DNA of 63,201 bases, filler included, from Stramenopiles sp. TOSAG23-2 (lineage: Eukaryota): the NCBI GenBank assembly GCA_900128395.1. It is 47 parts of 47 records of this genome, joined end to end, with 100 filler letters (N's around TTAATTAATTAA, not from the genome) between each part and the next. Parts side by side here need not be neighbours in the genome. Positions count along the whole stretch, not along the records: positions 61,962 to 63,201 come from LT653378.1; 46 more parts are not named here. The stretch is one strand, 5' to 3'. The notes below the pieces were generated by a model. The model ran no database searches, was not told the origin of the DNA, and saw nothing but the letters and a program-made list of their open reading frames with translations. This document shows positions 61,862-63,201 of the stretch, in pieces. A program made the translations under genes and the position numbers. Each line of letters begins with the position of its first letter. Positions within the stretch are counted from its first letter, which is position 1.

Positions 61862-61963
61862 NNNNNNNNNNNNNNNNNNNNNNNNNNNNNNNNNNNNNNN
61901 NNNNNTTAATTAATTAANNNNNNNNNNNNNNNNNNNNNNNNNNNNNNNNNNNNNNNNNNNNGT

Positions 61964-63201
61964 CCAAGTAATAGTATTGGATATGATTTTTCACATATTA
62001 TTGAAACAAGTTTACGCATGAATGGTAATACGTTTGATGTTACAAATTTACGATGTGCATCTGGATATGATGGTAATAATCCAACTGTAACTAAATGTAC
62101 AAATGATGGCCAACCATATTTAGTAAGTGGGTGTACAATTTCAAATTCTACAATTTCAACTTCTACAACCTGTAAAAGTAGAATAAATCCTACAACTGAA
62201 TACTATGCATGGCAAGGTAGACAAGGATGTCCTAGTACAGATAGAATTACTACACTAGCAGAGTGCGAATTTGCGGCTAAAAACAATATGAATGGAATTC
62301 CAGTTAACGACCTGACGGCAGAATTTGATGAGTGCCAAGATGTTTGGGGCTGCCAAGCGGGTGTTGGGCGGCCGTATGGATGTTACGTGAAAAATGACAA
62401 ATTGCAGTTAAACACATTTCGTAACAATGGACCATGTAACGAGAGAAGTTCTGAAAACGGGTTTTGTTTTTGCAAGAGAGAAATAGTTATATCTGTACCA
62501 GCTGGTTATATTTCAAGCAATATAGTTGAACACGATTTATCATGGAGTGGTTTTGATGTGACGGGTTTGGAGTGTGCTCCCGGGTACCACGGTGAACCTA
62601 TCGTAACGAAATGCTCTGCTGATGGAGAAGCTTATGATGTATCTGGCTGTACAGAAATAGCAATCTGTAAAAGTTGGAAAAATGAAGATTTTTTTGCGTA
62701 TCATTTTGAAACTGGATACACTAGATGCAGCAGTACGACTTACAATTTGATTATTGATAGTATAGAAGAGTGCAGTTTCGCGGCAAAAACATTAGACTTG
62801 GTTGACCAAACTGCAAGTGACCCTAACAGTTGGAGTTCATATCTACCAAGTGGATGTTATTTATATAATGGAGATTTGAGAATGAGGGTTAATGATGGGC
62901 AGTCAGGAACTTGTGATTTTAGTTCTGATAGAAGTGGATGTTTATGCAAAAAAAAGATACCTCCACCTATACCAACCGGCTACGACTTAAATAATGTTGT
63001 TGAGCATGATCTAAATTCAACAAATGATTTTACTGTTAGCAATGTACAATGTGCATCTGGATATGACGGTAACCCAATTGCTATTAAATGTACAAACGAT
63101 GGCGAGCCATATAACGTTAGTGGATGTACTAAAATTCCATATTGTATACGTCCAAGTCCAAGTAATAGTATTGGATATGATTTTTCACAAATTATTGAAA
63201 C
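61964..63201 (+). CDS. Internal segment of a large modular Cys-rich extracellular repeat protein (absent from the ORF track)
   Basis: Stop-free across the whole contig; three full copies of GY....E..L....F.V....CA.GY.G.P....C..DG..Y.VSGCT and two of I....EC.FAAK...P.GCY..N..L......G.C......C.CK. Confidence 0.88.

Overview
This is not a contiguous locus. It is 47 unrelated short contigs (1256 down to 1240 bp, sorted by decreasing length) joined by an artificial 100-nt spacer (N44-TTAATTAATTAA-N44, with stops in all six frames), so adjacency across spacers carries no information. The content is nuclear DNA of an AT-rich, intron-poor eukaryotic microbe with poly-Asn tracts and the standard genetic code. 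A heterotrophic marine protist such as an uncultured stramenopile (single-cell or metagenome-assembled genome) is my inference and cannot be proven here. Recognisable, mostly partial, genes: HAD phosphatase, malate synthase-like protein, JmjC protein, C2-domain protein, OTU protease, DHHC palmitoyltransferase, TPR and MYND-TPR proteins, beta-lactamase-fold hydrolase, VPS13, class-V PLP lyase, SMC6, CH-domain protein, PhoD-like protein, ER Hsp90, tyrosine aminotransferase, HECT E3, STT3, EXPERA protein, an unpredicted complex I NDUFC2 exon and several Cys-rich surface proteins. Most interesting: (i) a multicopy ankyrin family whose changes cluster at target-binding positions, with spare 3' cassettes; (ii) a phage-like PD-(D/E)XK exonuclease with a mitochondrial-type presequence; (iii) an OB-fold/TrmH fusion; (iv) a TA-flanked foldback MITE; (v) recurring intergenic words (TACCWGGTA, AGGTTAAGGT, TACWGTA, TACGA..TCGTA). 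Many local duplications, deletions and frameshifts look like assembly artefacts. I found no rRNA, tRNA or CRISPR array.
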